Counted from the first letter of the stretch, positions 48,637-58,662 are shown. The stretch: DNA of 64,000 nucleotides from Candidatus Bathyarchaeota archaeon (GCA_963815095.1 CAWFFH010000003.1:896001-960000); one strand, 5' to 3'. A program made the numbers and translations. Notes: generated from the sequence alone by a model not told the origin.

Positions 48637-50404
48637 TCAAAGGAATCTCCTCGGATCAGTGTCAATGTCAACGATTGTAGGTTTTGTGGATTTGAGGGCT
48701 TTGTCAACGGCTGCTTCAAGCTGGTTTGGTTCTGTAACTTTGATGCCTAAACCGCCTGCATTCTCAGCAAAAGTGGCGAAGCTGAAGTCATGGAGGTCTG
48801 TTTGCCAACCCTCATAGCCCTCAACTTTCTGTTCCTGCATAATCATTCCCAATCGTTTGTTATTCATAACAAACACTTTAACAGGTAAATTGTATTTGAG
48901 TGCTGTTAAGAAATCACCTAAAACCATTGTTAAGCCGCCATCGCCGGTCAAACACACAATTTGCCTTTCAGGGTAAGCCAAGGCTGCTGCTAAAGCTCCA
49001 GGCAAACCAAAACCCATCGTTGCCAATTGTCCGCTCATGACCATTTTCTGTGATTTTTTCATCCTAAAGTTGCGGCCAAACCACCAGCAGTTTTCTCCAA
49101 CATCTAAAGAAATCACTGCATTGTCAGCGATTTTTTCGTTTAGGACTTTGATGATGTATTGTGGTCTAATCGGTTTCAGGGTTGGGTCAGCTTCTTTTTC
49201 GAGTTGAGTTAGCCATTCCTGTTTTAGTTTGGCTACTTCAGCTAAATAATGTCTCTTTTTCTTTCTGCTGAACCTTATCGGTCAACTTGGGAATCAACAC
49301 AGCGCTGTTTCCTAACAATCCCACCTCGACAGAGTACCTGCGAGCAATCATCAACGGATTAATATCAATCTGCACTGTGCGTTTTTTGGGAATAAGCGAC
49401 AAATCCGAAAACGAAGATCCAATGGCTATTAGCAAATCTGCTTTTTCCATGAGTTGCCCAGCGGCAGTTGAACCAACCCCACCATGGCATCCAACATACA
49501 ACGGCTCGTTTTCATCAACGATGCCTTTTGCGCGGAAAGTCGAAATAATTGGCGCACCAATCTTCGAAGCCAACTTTAAGAGCTTGGTTCCTTGTCCCCT
49601 GGCGCCGAAACCCACCAAAATTATAGGTCTATTGGCTGAATCAATGACTTTTGCCGCCTTTTCAACAACCCATTCCTCCTGTCCATAAGCAAGATTTGGC
49701 ATTCTGCCCTCAAACGGCAAAATCTGGGTTTCATATGGCAATTTTTGAACGTCGTTGGGTAAGCCGATGTGAGCAACACCCTGATTCAAAAGCGCATGCT
49801 TAATTGCCAACGTTGCCAGCGTTGTGGTTTGGTCCTCAGTCATCAACGTCTTGTTATAGACGCTTAACGGTTCAAAAAAAGCTTGTTGATCAATTTCTTG
49901 TATTGCACCTTGACCCATATGTTTTCGTGGAACCATACCGGTCAACGCCAAAACTGGCGAATGATCCAGCTGAGCATCGTACAATCCAGTCACCAAGTTA
50001 GTTGCCCCCGGACCAGAAATTCCAAGGCAAGCTGCTATATGCCCAGTTAATTTCCCATAAGCCGATGCCATAAAGGCGGCTGTTTCCTCATGCCTGACTT
50101 GCACGTATTTCACTTTGCCTTTGCTTTTACGTATTGCATCCACAATACCTAATGTTGAGGTGCCAGGAATACCGAAAACGTATTGTACGCCCCACTCAGC
50201 AATCTGGTCAATAAGAACATCGGAAACCGTGTGTCCACCTTTTTTCGTATTCTCTTCTGCTTGCGACTCTGCTAACAATATAAACGCTGATTTTGGTGCC
50301 CCGCAAATAGGACAAACCCATTCTTCAGGCAAATCGCTAAACTTTACCTTCTCTTTCGCATCATCATAAACCCAATTGCAAACAGTACATCGGTATTTCG
50401 CCAT
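48637..50404 (-). CDS. Rubredoxin fused to a pyruvate oxidase/acetolactate synthase-family TPP enzyme, split by a +1 frameshift at about 49245
   Basis: CTVC...W.CPICG rubredoxin; FGIPG, VRHEE.AAF.A, GPGATN; [11 protein letters not shown] and GDGG...NN in the shifted frame; 49117-49240 is open in that frame. Confidence 0.88.
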
Positions 50405-50520
50405 TTCAAACCCTCAAAAACCTATAGAAACTAAGTGATTCCGTCCTTATCAGTTTATTGGAGCATTCAAAAATTGAACATTTTTATAAACTGCTTAACC
50501 AACTAATTACTTGTAAAGAG

Positions 50521-51462
50521 ATGCTAATTATGGAGAATTGGGATGTCATAATCATTGGCGCTGGCTCCGCTGGTTTAGCTGCGGGAATTTACACTGTTCG
50601 AAGTGGTTTGAAAACTTTGATTTTAGATGAGAAACTTCCCGGCGGAACAATCTCAGATGCCTCAATGGTGGTTAATTATCCTGGGTTTGCAGAGATTAGT
50701 GGTGGGGAATTGGCAGAAAAAATGACTCTGCATTGCAAAAAGGTCGGCGCAATCATTCACGATTTAGAGCCAGTCACTGAATTAGACCTTGTGGGCGAAA
50801 AGAAAATTGTGAAAACCTCAAACGCAACCTATGAGGCTAAAGCAGTAATATTTTCTGTTGGTTCACATTACAAGGGAATCGATGTTAAAGGTGAAAAAGA
50901 GTTTCGCGGTAGAGGCGTAAGCTACTGCGGTGTTTGCGATGGACCATTTTTTAAGGGCAAAAAAGTGCTTGTGGTCGGCGGTGGAAATTCAGCTTGCATT
51001 ACCACTCTCTATCTTTCCGGTCTCGCAGCACAGGTCACGGTTATTCATAGGCGGGAAGCGTTTAGGGCGGAAGAATCTTTGGTGTCGGACATATCCTCAA
51101 AAGGTAATGTTAATATCATGTGGAATACTGAAATTCAAGAAATCAAGGGCGACAAACAAGTAAAAGCCGTCACCCTAATCGATAACATAACAAAGAAAAC
51201 AAGTGAACTTTCAGTTGACGCGGTTTTTGTTCAAGTTGGCGAAGCACCCAACAGCCAAATAGCCAAAGCCAGCGGTGTAGAAACCGACGAGCATGGATAC
51301 ATCAAAATTGACATCCACCAACAAACAAATCTGCCTGGAGTTTACGCGGCAGGCGACGTAACTAACCATCCCATTAAACAGGTGGGTACTGCTGTGGGTC
51401 AAGGTATCACTGCAGCTCTTGAAGCTTATAGTTACATTCGACGACCCTATTACAAAAAATAG
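50521..51462 (+). CDS. trxB: Thioredoxin reductase
   Basis: IIGAG.AG, GVSYCGVCDG, VGGGNSA, HRR, AAGDV. Confidence 0.93.
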   Translation: MLIMENWDVIIIGAGSAGLAAGIYTVRSGLKTLILDEKLPGGTISDASMVVNYPGFAEISGGELAEKMTLHCKKVGAIIHDLEPVTELDLVGEKKIVKTSNATYEAKAVIFSVGSHYKGIDVKGEKEFRGRGVSYCGVCDGPFFKGKKVLVVGGGNSACITTLYLSGLAAQVTVIHRREAFRAEESLVSDISSKGNVNIMWNTEIQEIKGDKQVKAVTLIDNITKKTSELSVDAVFVQVGEAPNSQIAKASGVETDEHGYIKIDIHQQTNLPGVYAAGDVTNHPIKQVGTAVGQGITAALEAYSYIRRPYYKK

Positions 51463-51565
51463 AGAGTAAGGATTATATGATTCTTAACCTCTTTTCATTT
51501 TTTCAATCAGCTTAAGCTTTGATAAAGCCGAAATTAGTGGCTAGATGCATGAATGAGGTTTACAA

Positions 51566-52789
51566 ATGAGTGAAAAATGTCTCGCTGTAGTCGAAATCAA
51601 TCAAGACCTATGCAGTCGATGTTATGTCTGCAAATCAATCTGTCCCTATGAAGCTATAAAGGCGGATTCAACGGGCAAAGTTGAAATTAACAGTCAAGAT
51701 TGCCAAGTTTGCGGCATCTGCTATAGTGCTTGTCCCTCTGCAGCCATAAAAATGCAATATTACACTTACGATAACCTATCAGAATTCCTTGCGAAGGCGC
51801 AAATTAAAGCCAAAAACGTTAACACCCTTGTCTTGATGTGTCGAGGAAACTCGCCTTCCACAGGGGAAGTCCAAGACATCCTAAAAGAGCAAGGATTGAA
51901 AGTTGACAAATACATGGCTTTGCGTCTGCCATGTGCGGGTCGTGTTCCAACAGACTTTGTTTTTGAAGCCCTAAACTCAGGCGTTAAAAACATTGTTTCC
52001 ATCCAATGTGAAGACCCATTCTGCCGCTACAAAGAAGGCACAAAAATTAACACACGCAGACTCGTCTTAGCACGCAATGTTCTAAAACAATTAGGCTTTG
52101 ATGAGAACGCTGTAAGGGTTGTAAAGTTCTCCCGTAAAGCAGTCTATGACGTACAGGCATGTGTGGGTTGCGACAAATGCATCTTCATCTGCCCATACGG
52201 CGCGCTTGAGTTTGAGTCGTTTGCAACTCCAAAAGTAATTGAAGAAAAATGCACAGGATGCGGTGCATGCCAACTGGTTTGTCCACACCATGCAATACAA
52301 GTGAAAGGTTTCGAATTCGAAGATGTAGTTGACCGCTATGGCAAATCACTTGCACTTCTGAAAGACAAAAACAAAGGACCCGCCGTGCTCGCGTTCGTTT
52401 GTCAATGGTCCGAGTTCTCTGCATTAGATAATCCCAACAAAGCATTCGAAGGCAAAAACGTCCTGGCCCTTGAAGTTCCCTGCTTCAAATCCCTTGACCC
52501 CGTCCATATCATCAACGCATTAAACTGCGGCTTCGATGGTGTAATGGGCGTGGTTTGTTCAGCTAAAGACTGCAAGCTTCAAGAAGGAAGAGGCGCTGCA
52601 GAACGCAACGTGGCTGCACTGAAAGTTGCACTTAAAAAATTGGGTTTGCTCGACCGATTCGAACTCTACGAGGAGTCACCCAGATGCGCTGATGAATTCG
52701 AGGCAAAACTCGATGAATTCTACAAGAAAATTTGTACTTTACCAAAACGGGAAGTAGCTTTGGAGGCGACTGAAAAACGTACAAAATAG
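51566..52789 (+). CDS. Tandem (2[4Fe-4S] ferredoxin - MvhD/FlpD-like [2Fe-2S]) x2 fusion protein
   Basis: Four CxxCxxCxxxCP motifs in two pairs; MvhD-like MC..LPCAGRV..QC....C and VC.WS..VPC...DP..GFDGV...C....C. Confidence 0.85.
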   Translation: MSEKCLAVVEINQDLCSRCYVCKSICPYEAIKADSTGKVEINSQDCQVCGICYSACPSAAIKMQYYTYDNLSEFLAKAQIKAKNVNTLVLMCRGNSPSTGEVQDILKEQGLKVDKYMALRLPCAGRVPTDFVFEALNSGVKNIVSIQCEDPFCRYKEGTKINTRRLVLARNVLKQLGFDENAVRVVKFSRKAVYDVQACVGCDKCIFICPYGALEFESFATPKVIEEKCTGCGACQLVCPHHAIQVKGFEFEDVVDRYGKSLALLKDKNKGPAVLAFVCQWSEFSALDNPNKAFEGKNVLALEVPCFKSLDPVHIINALNCGFDGVMGVVCSAKDCKLQEGRGAAERNVAALKVALKKLGLLDRFELYEESPRCADEFEAKLDEFYKKICTLPKREVALEATEKRTK

Positions 52790-53622
52790 TATCGAAAAAA
52801 GAATTAGTTCCCAAGATCAAACTCTTAGAAGTTGATGCTCCAGACGTTGCGGCTCAATCACACGCTGGCCAATTCCTAATTGTAATCCATGGCAAAACAG
52901 GCGAACGAATACCCTTAACTATCTGCGGCTACGACACAACGAAAGGAACGGTTTCTTTTGCATTCCATGAAGTCGGCAAAACCACCAAAGATTTGGGCTT
53001 ATTAAACCAAGGCGAATGCATCGACAACGTTACGGGACCACTTGGCAACCCCTCTGAAGTTAAAAACTTTGGCAAGGTTCTCTGTGTGGGCGGAAGCATA
53101 ATGATTGCGCCTTTGCTATTGCAGGCTAAAGCCATGAAAGAAGCAGGCAACAAAGTAACTACAGTTCTAGGTGCCCGAACAAAAGAATTCATCATGATGG
53201 AAAATGAAGCTAAAGCCCTTAGCGAAAAAGTCTACGTTGCAACCGACGATGGGTCAAAAGGTTACAAAGGTTTAGATTTCCTAAAAGAATTGCTAAAGAC
53301 GGAAAAGTTTGACCGCTGTGTAGTCATGGGTCCAGTTATCCTGATGAAAGACGTTAGCGAAATTACTAAACCTTACAACATCCCCACAATAGTCACCTTA
53401 ACTCCCATAATGATTGATGGAATGGGTATGTGTGGAGTATGCCGAGTTACAGTCGACGGCAAAATGAAGTTTGGCTGTGTAGACGGACCAGAATTTGACG
53501 GTCACAAAACAGACTTTAACGAATTAATCATTCGTCAACGAACTATGCTTCCTGAAGAAAGGTTAAGTTCAGTATTATCGGAAATGAGTGGAGGTTGCAA
53601 GTGTGGCAGAAACAAAGCCTAA
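52777..53622 (+). CDS. sudB: Sulfide dehydrogenase/Nfn small subunit (SudB/NfnA); apparent ACG start at 52777
   Basis: xYKIVSKKEL, GQF, GERIPLTI, VGKTT, GPLG.PS, TDDGS, MIDG.GMCG.CRV, CVDGPEFDGH; frame open from 52774. Confidence 0.92.
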   Translation, partial: TYKIVSKKELVPKIKLLEVDAPDVAAQSHAGQFLIVIHGKTGERIPLTICGYDTTKGTVSFAFHEVGKTTKDLGLLNQGECIDNVTGPLGNPSEVKNFGKVLCVGGSIMIAPLLLQAKAMKEAGNKVTTVLGARTKEFIMMENEAKALSEKVYVATDDGSKGYKGLDFLKELLKTEKFDRCVVMGPVILMKDVSEITKPYNIPTIVTLTPIMIDGMGMCGVCRVTVDGKMKFGCVDGPEFDGHKTDFNELIIRQRTMLPEERLSSVLSEMSGGCKCGRNKA

Positions 53623-55012
53623 ACCAAAGTTAAACAAGAAAGCAGTTGAAATGGCTAAGCAAGAGCCAAAAGTTCGCGCTAAAAATTTCAGTGAAGTTGC
53701 TTTAGGTTACACTGAAGCAGAAGCCCAAGAAGAAGCAAGTAGATGCCTGTGCTGTCCAAATCCTCAATGCAGAACAGGTTGCCCCGTGGAAGTTCCAATT
53801 CCAACATTTGTCAAATGCATCAAAGAAAAGAAGTACGCTGAAGGCATCGCAGCAATCAAAACCAAAAACGCCCTGCCAGCAGTTTGCGGACGCGTCTGCC
53901 CACAAGAAGTACAATGTCAAGCCAAATGTGTCATCGGCAAGATGGGCGACCCAATCAGCATCGGACGTTTAGAACGGTTCCTTGCCGACTGGGAAAGAGA
54001 TAATGGCTCCCAACTTCCGCCAAAAGCTCCAGACACTGGTAAAAAAGTAGCAGTTATCGGTGCGGGTCCAGCAGGCTTAACCGTTGCGGCAGACCTCGTT
54101 AAACTCGGCCACAAAATCACCATGTTCGAAGCGTTGCATGTAGGCGGTGGAGTGCTCTCCTATGGTATCCCGGAATTCCGCTTACCCAAAACCATCGTGC
54201 AGGGCGAAGTTAATTATGTCCAGAGCCTTGGTGTTGATTTACGCCTCGGTAACCTTGTCGGCAGAATTCACACTATCCCAGAACTTATGAAGAATGGTTA
54301 CGACGCGGTATTCATTGGAAGCGGCGCGGGCTTACCCCAATTCACTGGTTGTCCAGGAGAAAACCTCGGCGGAATTTATTCAGCAAACGAATTCCTCATA
54401 CGCGTTAACCTCATGAAAGCCTACCTGTTCCCAGAGTATGACACTCCAATACGTCTCGGCAAAAAAGTTGTCGTTATCGGCGGCGGAAACGTAGCCATGG
54501 ATTGCGCAAGAAGTAGCATGCGACTTGGCTCCGAAGTCTGTTTACTCTACAGACGCTCACGCGACGAATTACCTGCAAGACATGAAGAAATCGAAAACGC
54601 TGAAGAAGAAGGCTTAGTCTGCAAATTCCTCGCAGCACCCCTAGAATTTTACGGTGACGAGAAAGGCTGGATTAAAGCCATGAAGGTCATTGCAATGGAA
54701 CTAACTGAACCAGATGCAAAGGGCAGAAGAGGCGTTAAAGAGGTTCCAGGCAGTGAATTCACAATGGATGTCGACACAGTCATAATTGCAATAGGACAGA
54801 CACCAAACCCAATCATCCAAAGCACCACAGGCGGATTAGTAAGTGACCCTAAACGAGGAACTATCACTGTTAACGAAGTTGGCAAAACAAGCTTAGACGG
54901 AGTTTACGCAGGCGGAGACGTCGCCACAGGCGCAGCAACAGTTATCAGCGCTATGGGTGCAGGCAAACGCGCAGCCAGGGCAATGCACGAATACTTAACA
55001 AACAAAGAATAA
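53603..55012 (+). CDS. sudA: Sulfide dehydrogenase/Nfn large subunit (SudA/NfnB, GltD-like)
   Basis: EASRCL.C...C..GCP, CGRVCPQE.QC, GAGPAG, YGIPEFRLPK, GGGNVAMD, AGGD..TGAATV. Confidence 0.93.
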   Translation: MAETKPKPKLNKKAVEMAKQEPKVRAKNFSEVALGYTEAEAQEEASRCLCCPNPQCRTGCPVEVPIPTFVKCIKEKKYAEGIAAIKTKNALPAVCGRVCPQEVQCQAKCVIGKMGDPISIGRLERFLADWERDNGSQLPPKAPDTGKKVAVIGAGPAGLTVAADLVKLGHKITMFEALHVGGGVLSYGIPEFRLPKTIVQGEVNYVQSLGVDLRLGNLVGRIHTIPELMKNGYDAVFIGSGAGLPQFTGCPGENLGGIYSANEFLIRVNLMKAYLFPEYDTPIRLGKKVVVIGGGNVAMDCARSSMRLGSEVCLLYRRSRDELPARHEEIENAEEEGLVCKFLAAPLEFYGDEKGWIKAMKVIAMELTEPDAKGRRGVKEVPGSEFTMDVDTVIIAIGQTPNPIIQSTTGGLVSDPKRGTITVNEVGKTSLDGVYAGGDVATGAATVISAMGAGKRAARAMHEYLTNKE

Positions 55013-55157
55013 AACTCTGTTTCCCTTTTTTTGGGGGACTTGTTAATTTTTCATTTTTAATTTTAAAAATTCTATATCATAAGAGAGTTAGTTTTAGTCT
55101 TGCATTTCGGTTTGAGTTGCCATACGGTAATATAGTTACACCGTCCTGCTTTGATTT

Positions 55158-55874
55158 ATGCGAAAGATTAAAGGTTCCAGCAGCTATCTCAAGAATCAGG
55201 TCAGAAAAAACCTCGCCAAAGCCACCTTAAGCGCGCTAATATTTTCAGCTGTCTTCGCACTATTAATCTACAGAATACTAGTAACACTGCAAGTTGGCAT
55301 CTTAGAGGAAGCAGGGCTCATTTTTTTGCTTGCACCAATGGTTAGTTTCTACTTTTATCTGCGTAAATACCGTATCTACAGAGGCGGTTGGCAAGGCGAA
55401 AAACAAGTTGCTAAACTCTTAACGAGTAAACTAAACGACGACTACTACCTCCTAAACGACCTCTACCTGCGAAGTGGCGGCGGAGATATCGATCATATCG
55501 TTTTGGGACCCAACGGGGTTTTCGTTTTGGAAACCAAGAATTGGAGTGGTAACATTTCCTGTAACGGCGACGAGTGGCAAAGAGTTGGCAAAAGAAATTT
55601 TTCAGGCAGCCCCAGTCGCCAGGTTAAACGAAATGCCGCCAAAATCAAACAAATAATTGATAACAATCCCAATCTAAGAACGCTGGGCATCTGGGTTGAG
55701 GGAATAGTGGTTTTTACGAATAATCATGCAGCCCTTCACGTGAATAAACCGACTGTTCAGATCCTTAAGCTATCTCAGTTGTCCAGCTACATAATAGGGT
55801 TCAGAAGCTCCCTGAGCATATCCCGTGATCAATTAGAAGCCATCGGAAAAGATATCGTTCAACAAAAGCATTAA
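55158..55874 (+). CDS. NERD nuclease-related domain protein with 2 N-terminal TM helices
   Basis: G..GE..V, DIDHIVLGPNGVFVLETKN, SP.RQ. Confidence 0.88.
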   Translation: MRKIKGSSSYLKNQVRKNLAKATLSALIFSAVFALLIYRILVTLQVGILEEAGLIFLLAPMVSFYFYLRKYRIYRGGWQGEKQVAKLLTSKLNDDYYLLNDLYLRSGGGDIDHIVLGPNGVFVLETKNWSGNISCNGDEWQRVGKRNFSGSPSRQVKRNAAKIKQIIDNNPNLRTLGIWVEGIVVFTNNHAALHVNKPTVQILKLSQLSSYIIGFRSSLSISRDQLEAIGKDIVQQKH

Positions 55875-56557
55875 TCGCACTGGGGAGGCGTAATTTTTAG
55901 CCACGCTTTCTTTTTCACAAATATCAAAGAGGTAATAGTGGTTACCAGCATGGTGCCCAGTAGATAAGAATTGTAATAAGCGCGGTCAGGGTTTTGAATT
56001 GTAGCGATCGAGACGGATACCAGAATATACAATGCCGCCAATCCAGTTACCAATTGAAGCACATGAAGAACTTTGTTTATCTGGCATGCTTTAGTTTTTA
56101 CCCAGTTCAAACCCGATTCGATCCGTTCTGAAACGTCAGGCAAATCATCCAAAAGCAATGTTAACCCTGCCAAAAAGAAAAAGCGCCCAACATTAACTGC
56201 TATGTCGTTTGAATTTAAAAGGAAAAGGTAACCAAGAGAAATAGAAGTAAAGAACACAACAAATAGACAAGAGAAAAGAAGAACTAAAAAGCCATAGACG
56301 TAGTGGTGAAACAGGAATCTTCCAGTATGTAAAGCACGACCGATACAAGCCGCGGGAAAAATATTAATCATTGCCGCTGCGACTGCAAACCAGAGGAGGC
56401 TTCCGTCAAGCAGGAAAGGCGAGAAGGGATGCCAATATGGGTAGGCTTTGTAGAAGCTAAATAGCAGTCCGGTAACAACTCCCAAAGTGATGAGGGCGTT
56501 GAAAATCAATGCCAGACTGAATATTTTCTTTAAGATTACCCTAACGGAACCAGCCAT
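55871..56557 (-). CDS. Hypothetical multi-pass membrane protein
   Basis: About 6 TM helices; FHHYVYG and GL.L.LDD motifs. Confidence 0.75.
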   Translation of the reverse strand: MAGSVRVILKKIFSLALIFNALITLGVVTGLLFSFYKAYPYWHPFSPFLLDGSLLWFAVAAAMINIFPAACIGRALHTGRFLFHHYVYGFLVLLFSCLFVVFFTSISLGYLFLLNSNDIAVNVGRFFFLAGLTLLLDDLPDVSERIESGLNWVKTKACQINKVLHVLQLVTGLAALYILVSVSIATIQNPDRAYYNSYLLGTMLVTTITSLIFVKKKAWLKITPPQCD

Positions 56558-56744
56558 TTTGTGCCAAGCCCTAAGATAAGCCCTTTAACCCATTTTTTAT
56601 TAACAAGCTTGTGGAACCATCATTTATAAGTAATGCACGTTGTGCGCAAGAAACTATGAAGTCAGATTGTATTGAAAGTCTAAAATGTTAATATCGGTTC
56701 AATAAGAGAACCTTTTTATTATCTCTTTTATATGAACGTGAATA

Positions 56745-57110
56745 GTGAACAGTTTGGGCAGCATCGGATTAGGCGCTCTTGTTGGTTTCTTCATAACAGT
56801 AATCATTAGCATAATATATCCAGGTTTTGGGTTCATCCTTGGAGCGTTCTTAGGCGGAATAATCGCAGGGCTCATTGCAAGAGGTATATTAGGCGGAGCA
56901 ATGGCAGGTTTCATCTCAGGGTTTGCCAGCGCCGTTTTATTATCAATTCTGTTGTTTCTACACTTTATTGTAGTCGAAACAATTAGACACGGGGTTTTGG
57001 GTTTTCTGTTTGGTGGTTTAGCAGGTATAATTTTGGGCGTAATTGTTCTGGTTGTGGTTACGGTACTGTCGGCAATCGGCGGAGCCATAGGTGGAGCAGC
57101 AAGAAGATAG
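56745..57110 (+). CDS. Gly-rich membrane protein (DUF5518-like)
   Basis: GGIIAG..ARG..GG..AGF.SG; GlyGly-rich TM helices. Confidence 0.7.
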   Translation: MNSLGSIGLGALVGFFITVIISIIYPGFGFILGAFLGGIIAGLIARGILGGAMAGFISGFASAVLLSILLFLHFIVVETIRHGVLGFLFGGLAGIILGVIVLVVVTVLSAIGGAIGGAARR

Positions 57111-57117
57111 CTGCCAC

Positions 57118-58662
57118 TTAACGGTCGAGCATAAACGGTTTTTTACGTGTTGCCTGTTCTGGGATTCGGTCTAAAATCATTTTTTCCTCTGGTTTTTTGC
57201 TCAGCACTATCGGTGACAGTTTTCCAGCAAGTTCCAGCGCAGATGCCAATTTGCTGCTTCTCTCAGCGTAAATTTCAAGCAAGACTCCGTTTTTGTGTAC
57301 TGTATCGCCTAGTTTTGCATGCAAAACTACTCCTGCGCCCTTCTCCTTGGGTGCTCCGGCTTCACGGGCAATTCGTACAATGTCGTCGGTGCTTAGCCAT
57401 AGAACTTTACCTGCATTTTCTGAGCGTACAGTAGCAGAGTTGGGTCCTACAGGCAAATCTTCAGGTTTTACCGCCGGGTTTCCGCCTTGAGCAGCGATGA
57501 TTTCCCGCATCTTCTGCATTGCTTTTCCTGAATCAAGCATATCCTCAGCCATTGCGCGTCCATTTTCAACTCCGACCATTTCAAAAAGCATACTAGCAAG
57601 GCCTACTGCTTTTTCGCGCAGGTCAGGTGGGCCTCCACCCATAAGAGTCATTAATGCTTCTCTTGCCTCCAAGGCAGGTCCAATTCCACAGCCCAAAGGC
57701 TGCTCCCCAAAAGTCAAGGCACATTGAATGTTTAATCCTAAACGTTTGCCCATATCCACGAAATCCGACGCTAACGTGTAGGCTTCAGTTCGAGTTTTGA
57801 TTTTAGCTCCCATACCCGTTGGAATATCGATGACTACTTGGGTTGCTCCAATGGCTTTTTTCTTGCTTAGAATCGAGGGTAAAAGCATCGGGTCAATTCC
57901 CAAGGGGTACTCGACTTGGATAAATAGGTCGTCGGCTGGTGCAAGTTCCAAAGATCCGCCCCAAACTAGGCATCCGTTGGTTTTTGCTACGACTTCTTTG
58001 ATTTCTTTTATTGAGAGATTAACTGGGCAGAGAGTTTCTACTCTATCAGCTGTCCCCGCAGGTGACGTGATGGCGCGTGAAGAGGTTTTGGGGATAGTGA
58101 ATCCTGCAGCTGCTACAATGGGCACAACGAGCATACTGGTTTTGTCGCCTGGAATGCCGCCGACGCTGTGTTTGTCGAGGATGGGTGATTTTCCAAAATC
58201 GATTGTTTTGCCAGTGAAAATCATCGCTCTCGATAAGGCTTCTGTCTCGCCTGTGCTTAATCCATTAATGCTCAATGCTGTAAGGAAAGCGGCGATTTCA
58301 ACTGTGCTCAAGTGCCTTTCTACAACATCTTTCACAATAGCCAGAATGTCCCCCTCACGTAAACGTTCTCCACGCAACTTTGCTCTGATGTTAAAAAGTG
58401 ATTCAGGAAGCGGAGCCAACTCCACATTAACAGTTTCACCCTCCTTAACCCCAAGTGCAGCAACGGTTTCCCGGTAGAGTCCGATGCGGTTTGTGGGAAA
58501 ATAATCAGCAATGTTGGCGATTGCTATCATCATTTGGTTTTTGCAAGTAATTTTTATTCTATCTGAACTGTGCACACCAAGCATGTTGGCGCTTTCTTCA
58601 CTTAGTATGGCGATTCTGCTGCCGCCAGTTGTTATCATTAACGATTCAACGCTTAATTCCAT
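57118..58662 (-). CDS. AMP phosphorylase
   Basis: DKHSVGGIPGDK, PKTSSRAITSPAGTAD, WGG...APADD, IGPALEA; N-terminal extra domain. Confidence 0.95.
   Translation of the reverse strand: MELSVESLMITTGGSRIAILSEESANMLGVHSSDRIKITCKNQMMIAIANIADYFPTNRIGLYRETVAALGVKEGETVNVELAPLPESLFNIRAKLRGERLREGDILAIVKDVVERHLSTVEIAAFLTALSINGLSTGETEALSRAMIFTGKTIDFGKSPILDKHSVGGIPGDKTSMLVVPIVAAAGFTIPKTSSRAITSPAGTADRVETLCPVNLSIKEIKEVVAKTNGCLVWGGSLELAPADDLFIQVEYPLGIDPMLLPSILSKKKAIGATQVVIDIPTGMGAKIKTRTEAYTLASDFVDMGKRLGLNIQCALTFGEQPLGCGIGPALEAREALMTLMGGGPPDLREKAVGLASMLFEMVGVENGRAMAEDMLDSGKAMQKMREIIAAQGGNPAVKPEDLPVGPNSATVRSENAGKVLWLSTDDIVRIAREAGAPKEKGAGVVLHAKLGDTVHKNGVLLEIYAERSSKLASALELAGKLSPIVLSKKPEEKMILDRIPEQATRKKPFMLDR

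Noticed and set aside
55158-55874. NERD gene as a marker of a defence island or mobile element
   Set aside because: It is a solitary membrane-anchored NERD with no helicase, integrase, repeats or other defence genes nearby
57797-58477. Long antisense ORFs (226 aa here; also 20700-21275, 25440-25847, 40680-41093 and others)
   Set aside because: They are shadows of well-conserved genes on the opposite strand, explained by codon bias, and have no motifs
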